64,000 nt of DNA from Mizuhopecten yessoensis (Eukaryota), in assembly GCF_002113885.1 (NCBI RefSeq), contig NW_018404940.1, forward strand, positions 286,146-350,145. The letters are read 5' to 3'. The notes under the pieces were generated by a model. That model ran no database searches. It was not told the DNA's origin and worked only from the letters and a program-made list of their open reading frames with translations. The translations under genes and the position numbers were made by a program. Shown piece after piece: positions 12,101 to 27,100 of this stretch; the stretch's first letter is position 1, and every line of letters starts with the position of its first letter.

Positions 12101-15100
12101 ATGTTCATACACTTATGGCCCGTAATACATAATGAAAATATATTAATAGAACTGAAAAATTTCAGGACAAAAATATGGTACATGCGAAGAAATCCAATCT
12201 ACAAAACTAGTACACGTGTTCGTTTTATTGCATTGTCAAAACATGCCTGAAAGGTAAATAATGGAAGAATATAATTCACAGCATTTCCAAAACAACTTTT
12301 TTTTAACTAAGATAACATACCAAAACAGTTACTGGACGATGGCCTGCTAAGTAGTGTGTTCAACATAGCGACCGTGTACATGTACAAAGATATCAGTATT
12401 CAGACGTAGACTGTATTTATGAGATGTCCACAGTAGCATCTGGAAGTCTTCCAATTGGACATTAGTGGAGAACTACTGCTGAGATCTAGCCTGGTCAAAA
12501 TGTATGGTGTTCTGTGGGCCTGAACATACCAACGTTTATAATTGTAATACGCCAAGCATATAAATTGACGTCTTTTAAGTCAATTTTAAGGAAAACTAAA
12601 TCTAACGAGAAACTACATCCAGGGATCTAGGCTTGTGGAGCACATGTCCTTCCGTTAGGGTTGGGTATTGATAGATTATCTGGCGTAGTCGTTTTGAATC
12701 ACGCCTCAAGAAATAGGATTTAAACTTAAACAGAACAAATTTGCCGTCTATATATACGTGTACAAACCTGGTTATTCACAACTTTGCCAACGACAACGCA
12801 TTCAATCGTCTTAGTTTTTAAATACTGACCTAACCTCTATCTATAGGTACAGTAGTAATCGGATCCTGATTGGGAGGCCGATTAAATAATAATTAATTCG
12901 GACTACCGAGCGCTTTGTGATTATCATCACCCCTTACAGCAGACGTCAACAGAGACTTAAGTGTGTGTTACACAGTAAAATATTGATAATAAAAACCAAC
13001 ATAGAATTAAAGCAACAATCGATGAATGAGAAATAATTGCACCATAGAGTGAATAAGCATAATACACCGACAACTAGTTTGCCAACGTGGTTAACCATGA
13101 GTTTATTTTTGAGTTCAGAGGTTAATAGTAAGGAGATAAAACAAACGAAACATATACATTGCAAATTCAAATTCAAAATTTTGTATTTGCACATTTGTAA
13201 CAACAAAGTAGTTAAAGGAAAAACAGTGAAACACAGTGAAATACATACATAGACATGTACATGTAGAAAAGTCGCAAAGTGATTGCTTATATAAACATGA
13301 ACTAACTAAACATAGCTTCAAATAGAAAACTCGATTTAAGCATTGTTAGCTTCAAAGTCCATACCCTATACTGTCAGCAAGCCTACTCTCCTCAGTTCTA
13401 GAGACTGTTTAATGAATAAGCAAGAGTCCAGTATAACATATAATCAGACCACAAGGACAAGCTCTGAGCTAAGGGGATACATACAGCACAGGACGAATTT
13501 AAGTTTTGAATATAAATTATTGGGAAAATAATCTGTTGGAAACACACATTTCAATCAAAAGATATATTGAATTATGGACTTTGTGTTGATAAAATCGTGA
13601 AAGTGCGTGCTGTTGCTACCATTCTTTTTCAAATGCTTGAATTCGCGTCGTAGTCATCAAAAATTAAATGATATATGATATACAAAGGTTTACCAGTGCT
13701 TTATATCAGCCTGGTATATGTAATGCATATCCGAAATGAGATGCTTAATTGAAATTCTAACGGTATGGAGCTATTATGTCGGCTTTGTTAGACGTTGACA
13801 TGCAACGGGATCCTTGGGAACAGCTTAAAGTTTAGTTATCACATAACGACACGCACACACGAATATTACATCTTATATACGTACAAATTATAGGAGTTTA
13901 TATTTATAACTGCATGCACATGTATATGCGGCATATTAAAAAGGTTAAATATGACTCTACATGAAGACAGGAAATATTTGTGAAATATTCAAAGCCAGGT
14001 CACAAATTAATTTAAAATGAGTCATTTTTAGCTCACCTGTTCGTGCCAGGTGAGCTTATGTCGTGGTGCGGCGTCCGTCGTCCGGCGTCAATATTTTACT
14101 TTAAACGACTTCTTCTTAATAACCGAAAGGCCTAGGGTGATGATATTTGGCCAGAAGCAAACTGGGATGAAGGGCTACCAAGTTTGTTCAAATAAATGAC
14201 CTTCATCTATTTTCAAGGTCACAGGGGTCAAATATGTTAAAAACTTTAAACAACTTCTTCTCAATAACCAAACTGCCCAGGGAGATGATATTTGGTCAGT
14301 AGCATGCTAGGGTGAAGGGCTACCAAGTTTGTTCAAATGAATGACCTTCAATTATATTCAAGGTCACAGGGTTCAATTGTCTTAAAAAAAACTTTAAATA
14401 ACTTCTTCTTAATAACCAAAATGTCTAGGGTGATGATATTTGGCCAGAAGCATGCTGAGATGAAGGGCTACAAAGTTTGTTCAAATGAATGACCTTTACC
14501 CATATTCAAGGTCACAGGGGTCAAATATGTTAAAAACTTTAACAACTTCTTCTGAATAACCAAAATGCCCTGGGTGATGATATTTTGTCAGTAGCATACT
14601 AGGATCAAGGGCTACCAAGTTTGTTTAAATGTATGACCTTGAATCATATTCAAGGTCACAAGGAGCAAATATGTTTAAAATATTTCAACAACTTGTTCTG
14701 AATAACCAAAAGGCTCAGGATGTTGATATTTAGTTAGTAGCATATGCCGGGATCAAGGACTACTATATGTTTGTTAAAGTGAATGACTTTGACTTATATT
14801 CAAGGTCACAGGGGTCACATTTGTTTAAAATCTTTAAACAACCTCTTATGAATAACCATGGGTCCCAGGATGTTTATACTTTGCAAGTTTCATCCTGAGA
14901 TGAAAGGCTATACAATGTGTTCAACATAATGACTTTGTTTGACTTTCAATCACATGGGTGAAATGTTTTAAAAAAAATAACTGGGTCTTTTGAACGAATT
15001 TTAATCATAACTACTGATATTTTGCCTGTAGCTTTATTTTTGATCACTTTTAAGGTTACAAGAGTTTTATACCAGGTGAGCGATGCAGGCCCATTGGGCC

Positions 15101-18100
15101 TCTTGTTATAAGCTTACCAGACTTTGAACAGTGGGCCCCTATCCCAAGCTGTTGTATAGGAGCCACACAACCACACACAACCACACACATCTCGGTGCAG
15201 TGAAGTAGTACGCCGAGTCCTAGTGCATTCAGGCATGTCTACTAGGTAGGAGGATAGCTGGCGTATCACTACTCTAGAATATCGTTATAAATATTAAAAC
15301 TAAAAATTACTGTTATAATTATCAGGACCTCATAGATGTATTATGTTATGAGTAGATAACAATAATAATGGTCGTAAATTAAATTATACAACCTATTTAA
15401 ATAAACAATTATGTGATACTGTTAAACAGAAGTTTCCTGTTTGAACAATTCGATAAGATTCGATAAGAGGTTAAAGGTTAGCTTTGTCGAGGTTTATTGC
15501 GTTATTTTGTAGATTTTTAGCATTATCGACATATAGTATATTTAAATATGACGGCTGTTCTAAATTCTAAAACAGTTTATCCAGAAATGAGGACAGCCAA
15601 CCTACTCCGGAACATTAAGTAGACTTTGCAGATTGCAAACATCCGAAAGAATCGGAATATTAAGGTATACATCTGGCCTTGCTGAAGTTTTGATAACCCC
15701 CAACAACATATTAAAAAGAAATACTTTAAGCTGTGAAAAGGCGTAGGTAGTGCCGATTTTTAAACTAATATGTGATCACTAACAGGGTACAGGCGCAGCT
15801 AGCTCCTTTGTAAATAACAAGGTACGCACGCTGTCACTTCTGCATTGAACTGTCAGAAGCCTGAGTTGTAGGGCACCGGCAACGCCCTTGTGTCGACACA
15901 GAGATCATTCTTTGTTTGAAGACATTGAAATTATAAAGCACGTTTCAGAACAGCACACATTCCGTAGTATTATTGACAGAGTAAAATACACATGTGTGTG
16001 CGGTGGTCTGAGGCGAATGTCGTTTCATTAAATGAGTTGGGCAAATATCCATGTCTTGAGCGCCATGCCAAAAATAAGTGCAGCTTGTCATGTGTATCTG
16101 ACATTTTCACAAATGTGTTTACAGTCGGGATATGGGCACCATGTTCAAACATACTGTCAACAAACGATGTTTATATAAAACATAAAAACACCATAGTAAT
16201 GTCTCTGTCGAGTAATTGTGGATCACCTACTCTGCCTCCTGAATTAATTTCAATTTCCCTTATTGCAAAATCCCATTTTGAGTTTAAGCATATAGTTGAC
16301 GGGTATTAACGAATTTGTTAGGATAAAATGTCAGGTTATAATGTCTTTATTGATTGTTTAGTTTAGTTTGGTTTCGTTTTGTTTAATGTCCTATTAACAG
16401 CTATGGTCATCTCCATGTGTGTTGTTTAAGTGTGCATGTGTGTATGTGTGCTGGAGACAGGGTCAGAGATTCAAGGATGGCGTTATTGCAGATAATGTAT
16501 GTCTGATTTTTTGTATCCCCATAAGCTACGTCATATATAGATAAACTAAGCTATCTCAACTGTTTGTAGAGGGGCATTGTATTAATACCAAGTGAGGTGT
16601 TACGGGAAAACAAGGGGATCTGTAACGATTGTGGAGGGACATTGCTATTAAATTAGGGGAGGTTGGCAATATTGATTGACATTCAGATACCTGCATTTAA
16701 AAAAATAATTCTTAACATTGAAACTAATCCTTCAAAGTTCCACAGAGCAGAAAACAAATCGTTGTGATGACCCCAAACAGTTGAATTACCTTTAACGGGC
16801 CTTAACATTGGCAAGTAGACAATAGTTTCTTTGTTGACGAACCGCATGGTTATCGCGACACCTAAACCAATCTATCGGACATTTAAAGCGACATTTAGAC
16901 GATTTCATACTGAATTTTTATGGTGTTTCCATATCCTTGTGACAGTGGGGGACTGGACAGAGATAATCATATTTAACTTAAGGGCACGGTCATTTGTCAT
17001 CTAAGCAAACGTCATTGACCCTTCGTTATTCTAAAGGTTAATGACTCTGCGCTGTAAATCATTGACCCACCTTCTTACTGTAAATAATTGACCTCCTCTT
17101 TACTGTAAATTATTGACCCTCTTCGTTAATGTAAAGTTTTAACCCTCCGAGGCCTTTACTGGTAATCATCGACCCTCCTCTAAACTGTAATTCATTGATT
17201 CCCTTCTTTACTGTTAATTATTGACTCCTCTTTACTGTAAATTTTTGACCCTCTTCTTTAATGTAATGCACATCCTTAAACCTTCTCTTTTCTGGAAAAC
17301 ATTGATTCACTTAGTAGTTGCTTTGAGAATAACTACCTTCAAAGTATTATATATATATAATTTTGTTTAGGGGGGTTCAACTTGGAGAAAGGAACATCAT
17401 ATCTGTTGTTTCGTTTTTTCTTCCGTAAAAATTCTAGAAAGATATTGGAACACGCGAAGGGCTCTCCTGGTAATAATTCATATCTTGAAAGCTTTTGCAG
17501 TAAGATAGTTATCACTAATGGAGTTACCTATTGTGTTATAGGTGCGTTCCTGATACCGTATTTCATAGCCGTATTGCTGGGTGGTATACCTACATTTTTC
17601 CTGGAAGTAAGCTTGGGTCAGTTCATGGCTGAAGGAGGGATAGGATGTTGGAAGATTGCTCCATTGTTCCAAGGTGAGTTCAATCTCTTACGTTAACGAT
17701 GAAATATTGTTATAACAAAACTTGCGTGTAAATTTGTACGCGTTAGGACTAATATCTTTTTTTTTTCAGCTCACTTAGCGAATTGAGTTTGTGTAATGCT
17801 GGATGAATCAAGAGGTAACATTTTATTATTATTTTAGATTTGTATCTCGTTGATTCTCTATTTGTATATTTTACAGTTATCAATTAAGTGTTCCGGTATA
17901 TCAGAATGAACGGAATACTTGATTTGTCATCAAAGTGGTATAGAAATATTATAAAAACATCGTTAGTAATACACTTGCTAAAATTCATTGCCGTTCGAGG
18001 TTTGTTTCAGCATCTGTCATTCTGTTTTTCCTTATAGGTATTGGATACGCATGCGCCATTATCGTCTTTTTGCTTAACTGCGAGTACAACATCATCCTAA

Positions 18101-21100
18101 CATGGGCGCTGTACTATCTCTTCTCCTCATTCACTGCGGTCCTTCCGTGGTCCCATGGCAATAACGAATGGAATTCCCCTGCGTGCAGAGAAATGTATTC
18201 GGAGAAACAGACTAACTGGACGACGTTAAACATGACGGACGTCACCACCACTGTTGCTGCATTTGTGACCAAACTGGGTGACAAAGCAACCGAGGCGGCG
18301 GCCAAACCACCAGCGTGCGACCCTGTTACAGAATTTTGGGAGTAAGTAGGGTTTTCATCCTTACGTGACGGAGAAGCTCTTCTGCCGACGTTCATTTTAC
18401 ATCATGTATGGGTTTTTTTGAAGATTTTTGTTACAGGTCATCCCTCTCCGGACAACGCCCTCCCAAACCCTTCAACGACTTGCCCGCGACTAAGTACGGT
18501 AACTTAGAGCCTTCCATAATATAGAACGAACACACCCATCTACAAACCTGCCCGCCCCAACACACCTTTCCTTGTGTAAAACAGCCGAATGCATCCCCAC
18601 CTTCAGCATTAGGAAAATTTCCGAAGAAGATCGTAATGCGTTGACAACGCAAAGATTTATCGTAGATATTTTGCAAAGATATATTAACTCAAAAGTTAAC
18701 AATGTCTGGCCCTATTCCCTATTACAAGGTTTTTTCTAGACATTTTGTGGGGAAAAGAACTGAAGTAATAGAAAAATGAAAATGAGATATAGTGTGATGA
18801 GTTTCAGAAGAATAAGGTTGTAGACAGACTTTGATTCAATGCGTGTTAGTTCTCTTTCAATCTTAAGCATGCATTTGTGTGTTACGTCATAGCTTGTAGG
18901 TTAATGCTGCTCAACACTCGTTAAGATAATACCGGATGCCCACACTGATCTATAATGGAAACATATTTGAGTTCTGCTATGTTGCAACAAAGATATTCAG
19001 TTGTTTCGTCACGTTTAAAGATTGTTCCTTTGTTAGAGAAATAGAGTTATAACAATGATGCTTACCGTATTTACTTTAATTTATCAAACATCTGATGCAA
19101 AACTCAAATCTGTTTTCATTTTGGATGTATGTTTGGTTACTCCAATGTTCATGTTAAGCTAAGGAATTTAAAATTTGGTAATAATGGTGTATTTACAATG
19201 CATTCAGCTGACAGGCTCAACTATAGACAAAAGTTTTTGACCTTGATTGAAATGGTACATTTTGTGTATTTAGTACTGCATGCCGCCAACTGTTCACACG
19301 ACCCGTAAAAAGGCTTATCTATACTTCTTTTAGTAGGAATGTTTCATATTTTGGTGAGAATCCCGTTAATAGCCTGAAAGAGGAATGTTTACTGTTTTTG
19401 GAAGAGGAATGTTTTGTCAGCTAGATGTTATTCTAATGAACATCAGTATTAATGTGTGAGCATATGAATTGTGTACGTAATTCACCATTTGAAGGACAAT
19501 GAATAACGTCGGCTGTTGTTGATGTAACATTGTGTATGACATATCGTATGCTCACATACTAATAAATCATTCTGTGCCACATGGTTAGATGTGAGCTATC
19601 AAAGTCAAATATGTTGATTTTGAAAATAATATAAATAAGAAAATATGATAAACACATTGTTCTGTCTTTCTACATATTTCATTTTCAGTTGAATTGCCTG
19701 GTTGGGTGCTAGCTGCTGATGGGCGTTTCACCTGTTAATAAACGTTATGTTGGTTTGTTTATTAGATTTGCACTAACAAGGTCGTTTGGCCAACACGAAG
19801 CTGTCGTCGGAGCAATGCGATGGGGAGTTTTTTTATTTCTGCATTTTGGCTATCACTACTACGTATTCGCTTTCTCAGACTTAACCAAGTATGAAAACAT
19901 TATATTTTTTATTATCTATCAGAAAATATTTTTCATTTATTACGGCATATTTCGCAGATATTTCAAACGAATGAATATGTTTTTGACTTTTAGAAATCAT
20001 TTCGTTCTTGTGTAATACTACTAGGTGAAGTCGAGAAACCCTTACTGTTATGCAAAGCAGCATATGGCTCGTAAACGGATGATTAATCGTTGCCGCTTCA
20101 CACGAAATAAGCTGTATCATTATGACATGACAATGCACTGTGTGAACATTAAAAAGGCAGGCAATATGTAAAATTGATACGATATTATTGCGTGTTATTG
20201 ACGTTTTGCCGGATATTACCTTGGTCTAGACGAATCATGTGTTGCTTTGTATAGTTTTACATCATGTTTAAGCTATTCATCTGGAAAGTACGTATTCGAA
20301 TTATACATAAGTATATATACCTATATCACACATATACATCCATTGTAACCATGTACTTAGTAAGTGTCTCTCCTGCCCTGGCGCCGATCCTGATATAGCC
20401 TTATATGTTGATATATGCACATTGCAATTGAAATTCTTCTATCGTATTAATGTACAGAGAACAGCATATATGTGTTACAATTAATAATTGGAGATGTGGA
20501 TTTCAACAAAATTTGATTTTGACCGCACAAGGCAAACTTTGAACAGAAAAACACATTTATTATGTATACGTAATAGACAAACCGTTGTAAAGCACGGGTA
20601 ACAACTTAGAAAAATGTTGTATTGTTTATAAAAGAATGACCATCAGCACTCTCCACCGACTCAATGAATAATTGATGTCCCCACATGGCTTGTGTTGTAC
20701 ATAAAGCTGTGAGCATCTGCTTCTCCATATATAGTTCACCTCCACGGTGACGCGGTAGCCATAGCTACCTTGACGTGGAAAATTACCACATTCGGGAATT
20801 TTCCATCGTAGAGATCACACTGTGCGGTCTTAACAACTTTTGTTTTATGGACACTTTAACAATACTTATCAATAAAACAGTCCCTTTTTTCGTCGTATTT
20901 TCCTTAAGGATAAAACGAAAAACAAAGGGATGAAACGTTACATATAGGTTTGCTTAATTCAGTTTATAATAAAATCATATTTGGCAAACGATTTTGTTGA
21001 GCAAAAAAGATCTAGACAAAAATGGCGTTTGGAATTGTTCAAATTTTATGATAAAATTCGCGAATAGCGTATACGAAACTTCCGTAATGTGCATGGCGTT

Positions 21101-24100
21101 TTAGTACACGTATTAAGATAAAAGTTAAGGTAAATTAGATTTTCATAATACCTCCAACAAAAACTTAATTCCATTGGAATGCTTCAACAACTTCCTGCAT
21201 CCTTTTTAATTAATGTTTTAGCAAATAAATTTCCTTGTAATGAATAAGAGTTTATTTATTTGCATTTTTTTATATATATATAAAGCAATATCTAAAAGGG
21301 TTATTTGCTTTCTAGACTAGTTCGTGTCCCCGATATGAAAGGAGATGATTTTGAAAGCCACATCCTTGTTATTTGACTGTTTGCTTAATAATATTTTGAT
21401 TCCAAATGTTCCGAAATGCCCTCAGAGTTATATTTTCTAATAAATAGTAAAATGACACTTTCTATCTAATCATTTTCATTTCAAAATAGAGATAGCTGCG
21501 AATGGTTTCTGTTGTGCTGGTGAGGATGTGGTTAGCACACTTGTCTCCTCCAAACTTCTCCTGTATGCTTGTAGTCAAGACCAGTTATCGATTGCTGGTC
21601 TGTGAGACTGTCTAGTTTTATGCATGCTAGAATTCTTTGGAATTCGTCCTTTGGGAAATTAATTATTTGAAATGGTAAATGGAAAGACTTGACTTTCCAG
21701 ACCCATATCCTTTGTTTCTCCGTCGCACCTGCTTCATATCGGCGCCAGTAGGGATTGAAACTTACTGCGAGCAGCATTAACCACAGGTTTTCGAAAATAT
21801 AATGGAAAATATATAATACGAAATATACATTTATTAAATTTTGTACTTTATATTTATACACCTTCAAATTACGATATTACCAACTATAGCTTTAAAAACT
21901 ATTCTGCCACGTCATTTCCGGTTTGCACAGTCTAAGTCTCTGGCAAAACTGGTTGACAACAAGTGGTAAGTGTCAATGATTGGGCGACCTAACACCTCTT
22001 GGCACTCGTTGTTCAGTTTGATTCATGATATGCAATAGCCAGGATCACACCGCATGAGTTTCTCTTTGCGACGTGAAATGGCTCCAAATACTCTATCGCC
22101 TAAACTTTCTACAGGCGGAAAGTCCTGCAGCTCTCCGACGGGGTGGACCACCCTGGCAACATCAAGTGGGACCTCGCCCTGTGCCTCTTACTAGCATGGA
22201 TCATCATCTATTTCTGCATATGGAAAGGCATTAAATCATCCGGAAAGGTGATATTTCGGGCTGAGGCAAACAACCCTGATATAGAGGGCAAGATACCCAG
22301 CCTCGTATTTTCAATTTTAGAATTTAAAAAAAAAAAAGAAAGAAAAGAAAAATATTATTTAGCACTCGATCAATCCAAGGAGGGTTACTCATCCAACAGG
22401 TCCTATCAACGCTTAATGGATATCTTCTAAATAAAGCCCCGAGGATCCCGTCCTAACCACTTTCTTTGCACAGCTCAGCGTGGGATCTTGACTGCATATT
22501 GTAGTTGCCTTTTCATTATAAATTCATCTAAATGATAATAGTAAAAACTGATACATAGGTATCATTTCATTCTATATTCAGATAAAAGTTCAAAGTAATT
22601 ACAAATGTTATTGATATTACGTTATAACTGCACTCGATTTTAGTCTGCATTTGGTCTGCCCAGTTCACGTTCAGCGTTATGCCTATCATTTCCCCTGTCT
22701 ATGTGGTCCTTGCCTGTTGTCTTATCCATTGCTTCCCTTTCCGTGCAGGTGATGTACTTCACGGCCACCAGCCCCTATGTGCTCATGTTCGTGTTGCTTA
22801 TCCGTGGCGTCACATTGGACGGGGCCATCGACGGTATCCGTTACTACCTGATCCCTGACTGGCAGAGACTCCTGGACCCACAGGTACATACATGCTTTGC
22901 CGCTTGGTTTGTTATGAATGTTGAGTCTACATACAGAGTTGTTCATCTCATGCAGAGTTTATAGAAAAAGTGCATGTCGAGTATGATTTAGAGAGTGATT
23001 CGTTGCATTTCGAGCAGAGCAGTAAGGTTTATGAAGGAACAAATGTACGTGCATGTCCAGTGAGATTAGGTTTTACTTGTGTTTCGTGTAAAGTTTGAAG
23101 AATACTTTAAAAAAAACATTCTCCCGTGAATTTAAATACATTCTTGATATAATTTTAGTTACACTTATATTGATAAAAGTGAAATTTGGAGAAATCATAC
23201 TTACCAAAATGTACATCAAATGCTTTTTGTTTTGAAAGTCACGAAAACGAAAAAAGTTTATGATGGCTGTCTTTGATGGCTGTCTTTTTCTTATTTCAAA
23301 AAATAGCCATATCGTATTTTCTGGAAAAAAAAGTGTACAGTTTCCTCATTTGAAGTATTTCACTTGAAGGATAAAGATTTATCGAAGTGTGAAAAAAAAT
23401 CTAAATGCTTCTGTAAGATTTTTCTGGTCAATGCTTTCGCCAATATATCAAATAATGTTGAAATATATCGTTAGTTAGTAATGAAAAGAAATGTCTTCCT
23501 TATACAGTTTATCGTAATATTATAATTGATTTATTCTAATTTTCCGTGTTCTAATTTCTAATTTACTGTGCATCATGTTCGATGAAACCTTGCCAATGTT
23601 GTTTATTTCCTTCAAGTTATTATGTAAATAGAAAAGAGCAGTAGATATTGAATTGAGGTGTAATTGCTGCACTGGATCCATTATTAATGTAGGAGATGTT
23701 TGTTGTGTCGAACGTCAATTATTTGTTCAATTGATTATAAATTCGTGCTAGCGAGTTGTGGAAGTAGCGTGATAGTAGTCCGCATTGTACTGTTCGTGTA
23801 GTGAGACGGTCTGAATAATATGTGAAGGGGGAAGCAATAGACTTGGTCATAAGGTATCAATCACATTATGATTCATGTCTTGTCTGAATGAGCGATACAC
23901 CTTTATGATGACAATGTCGTCTCTAGTGGAACACTGTCATGTCACTTCAGTTGTGCATACATTCAGTAGCGTGCATACGATGGTGTCAAAATGTGCGTTA
24001 GGCTGATCAGCAAATGTCGGGAGGGAGGGATGCTATGTATCGATTTGGCACAAACTCGACGAGGCAATGCAAGATTTTTCGAGATTAGGTGAAACAAATT

Positions 24101-27100
24101 TGATGCGGCACACAGATTTGTGTTGCCATCTATACAAATCAGTAGAGTGGAAACCAATCGATGACAATAAAGCCGCAACGGTTACAAAGGATTTGGGCTG
24201 TCGGTCTGGACAGAATCCCCACCAGTTCTGGCGTGGTTGTTATCATAGCTAAACATGGCGGATGCAGCTTCTCTGAATCCCAACCAATGCTTGTCTTGTG
24301 GTTAGGAAGAAAAATAAGGCGGACTGTGTACATGTACATCATAATATCATTGAAGTAAATTACCGACTATTTTTTTATTTTGATATCAGTTTTAACTGAG
24401 GTGGTTCGTTTGGAGTCTGACATCGGTTTTAACTGAGGTGGTTCGTTTGGAGTCTTACATGATTCGATTTTATAACCATAAACAACTGAGTTGCTGGATC
24501 AATTGAAACCATTTTATAACCATATATAAACAACTGCGTGGCTGGGTCAATTGAAACCAGTTTATAGCCATAAACAACTGATTGGCTGGATCAATTGAAA
24601 CCTGTTTATAGCCAAAAACAACTGAGTGGCTTTATCAATTGAAACCCGTTAATAACCATAAACAACTGATTGGCTGGATCAATTGAAACCTGTTTATAGC
24701 CAAAAACAACTGAGTATCTGGATCAATTGAAACCAGTTTATAGCCATAAACAACTGGGTAGCTGGATCAATTGAAACCTGTTTATAGCCATAAATAACTG
24801 GGTAGCTGGATCAATTGAAACCAGTTTATAGCCATAAACAACTGGGTAGCTGGATCAATTGAAACCAGTTTATAACAATAAACAACTGGGTAGCTGGATC
24901 AATTGAAGCCAGTTTATAGCCATAAACATCTGAGTAGCTGGATCAATTGAAACCAGTTTGTAACCATAAACAACTGGGTAGCTGGATCAATTAAAACCAG
25001 TTTATAGCCATAAACAACTGGGAAGCTGGATCAATCGAAACCAGTTTATAGCCATACACAACTTGGTAGCTGGGTCAATCGAAACAAGTTTATAACCATA
25101 AATAACTGAGTAGCTGGATCAATTCAAACCAGTTTATAGCCATAAACAACTGGGCAGCTGGGTCAATCAAAACCAGTTTATAACCATAAATAACTGAGTA
25201 GCTAGATCAATCGAAACCAGTTTAAAGCCATAAACAACTGAGTAGCTGGATCAATCGAAGCCAGTTTATAGCCATAAATAGCTGAGTAGCTGGATCAATT
25301 GAAACCAGTTTATAACAATAAACAACTGGGTAGCTGGATCAATTGAAGCCAGTTTATAACCATAAACAACTGGGTAGATGGATCAATTGAAACCAGTTTA
25401 TAACCATAAACAGCTGAATAGCTAGATAAATTGAAACCTGTTTATAGCCATAAACAACTGAGTAGCTGCATCAATCGAAACCAGTTTATAGCCATAAACA
25501 ACTGGGCAGCTGGGTCAATCAAAACCAGTTTATAACCATAAATAACTGAGTAGCTAGATCAATCGAAACCAGTTTATAGCCATAAACAACTGGGAAGCTG
25601 GATCAATCGAAACCAGTTTATAGCCATACACAACTTGGTAGCTGGGTCAATCGAAACCAGTTTATAACCATAAGTAACTGAGTAGCTAGATCAATCGAAA
25701 CCAGTTTATAGCCATAAACGACTGAGTAGCTGGATCAATTGAAACCAGTTTGTAACCATAAACAACTGGGTAGCTGGATCAACTGAAACCAGTTTATAAC
25801 CATAAACAACTGGGTAGCTGGATCAACTGAAACCAGTTTATAACCATAAACAACTGAGTAGCTGGATCAATCGAAGCCAGTTTATAGCCATAAACATCTG
25901 AGTAGCTGGATCAATTGAAACCAGTTTATAACCATACACAACTGGGTAGCTGGATCAATTGAAACCTGTTTAAAGCCATAAACAACTGAGTAGCTGGGTC
26001 AATCGAAACCAGTTTAAAGCCATACACAACTTGGTAGCTGGGTCAATCGAAACCAGTTTATAACCATAAGTAACTGAGTAGCTAGATCAATCGAAACCAG
26101 TTTATAGCCATAAACGACTGAGTAGCTGGATCAATTGAAACCAGTTTGTAGCCATAAACAACTGGGTAGCTGGGTCAATTGAAACCAGTTTATAACCATA
26201 AACAACTGGGTAGCTGGATCAACTGAAACCAGTTTATAACCATAAACAACTGAGTAGCTGGGTCAATTGAAACCAGTTTATAACCATAAACAGCTGAGTA
26301 GCTGGATCAATTGAAACCTGTTTAAAGCCATAAACAACTGAGTAGCTGGATCAATCGAAGCCAGTTTATAGCCATAAATAACTGAGTAGCTGGATCAATC
26401 GAAACCAGTTTATAGCCATACACAACTTGGTAGCTGGGTCAATCGAAACAAGTTTATAACCATAAATAACTGAGTAGCTAGATCAATTGAAACCAGTTTA
26501 TAGCCATAACCAACTGAGTAGCTGGCTCAATTGAAACCTGTTTATAGCCATAACCAACTGGGTAGCTGGGTCAATTGAAACCAGTTTATAACCATAAACA
26601 GCTGAATAGCTAGATAAATTGAAACCTGTTTATAGCCATAAACAACTGAGTAGCTGCATCAATCGAAACCAGTTTATAGCCATAAACGACTGAGTAGCTG
26701 GATCAATTGAAACCAGTTTGTAGCCATAAACAACTGGGTAGCTGGGTCAATGAAAACCAGTTTATAACCATAAACAACTGAGTAGCTGGATCAATCGAAG
26801 CCAGTTTATAGCCATAAATAACTGAGTAGCTTGATCAATTGAAACCAGTTTATAGCCATAACCAACTGGGTAGCTGGGTCAATTGAAACCAGTTTATAAC
26901 CATAAACGACTGGGTAGCTGGATCAATTGAAACCAGTTTATAACCACAAACAACTGGGTAGCTGGATCAATTGAAACCAGTTTATAACTATAAACAACTG
27001 GGTAGCTGGATCAATTGAAGCCAGTTTATAACCATAAACAACTGGGTAGCTGGATCAACTGAAACCAGTTTATAACCATAAACAACTGGGTAGCTGGATC

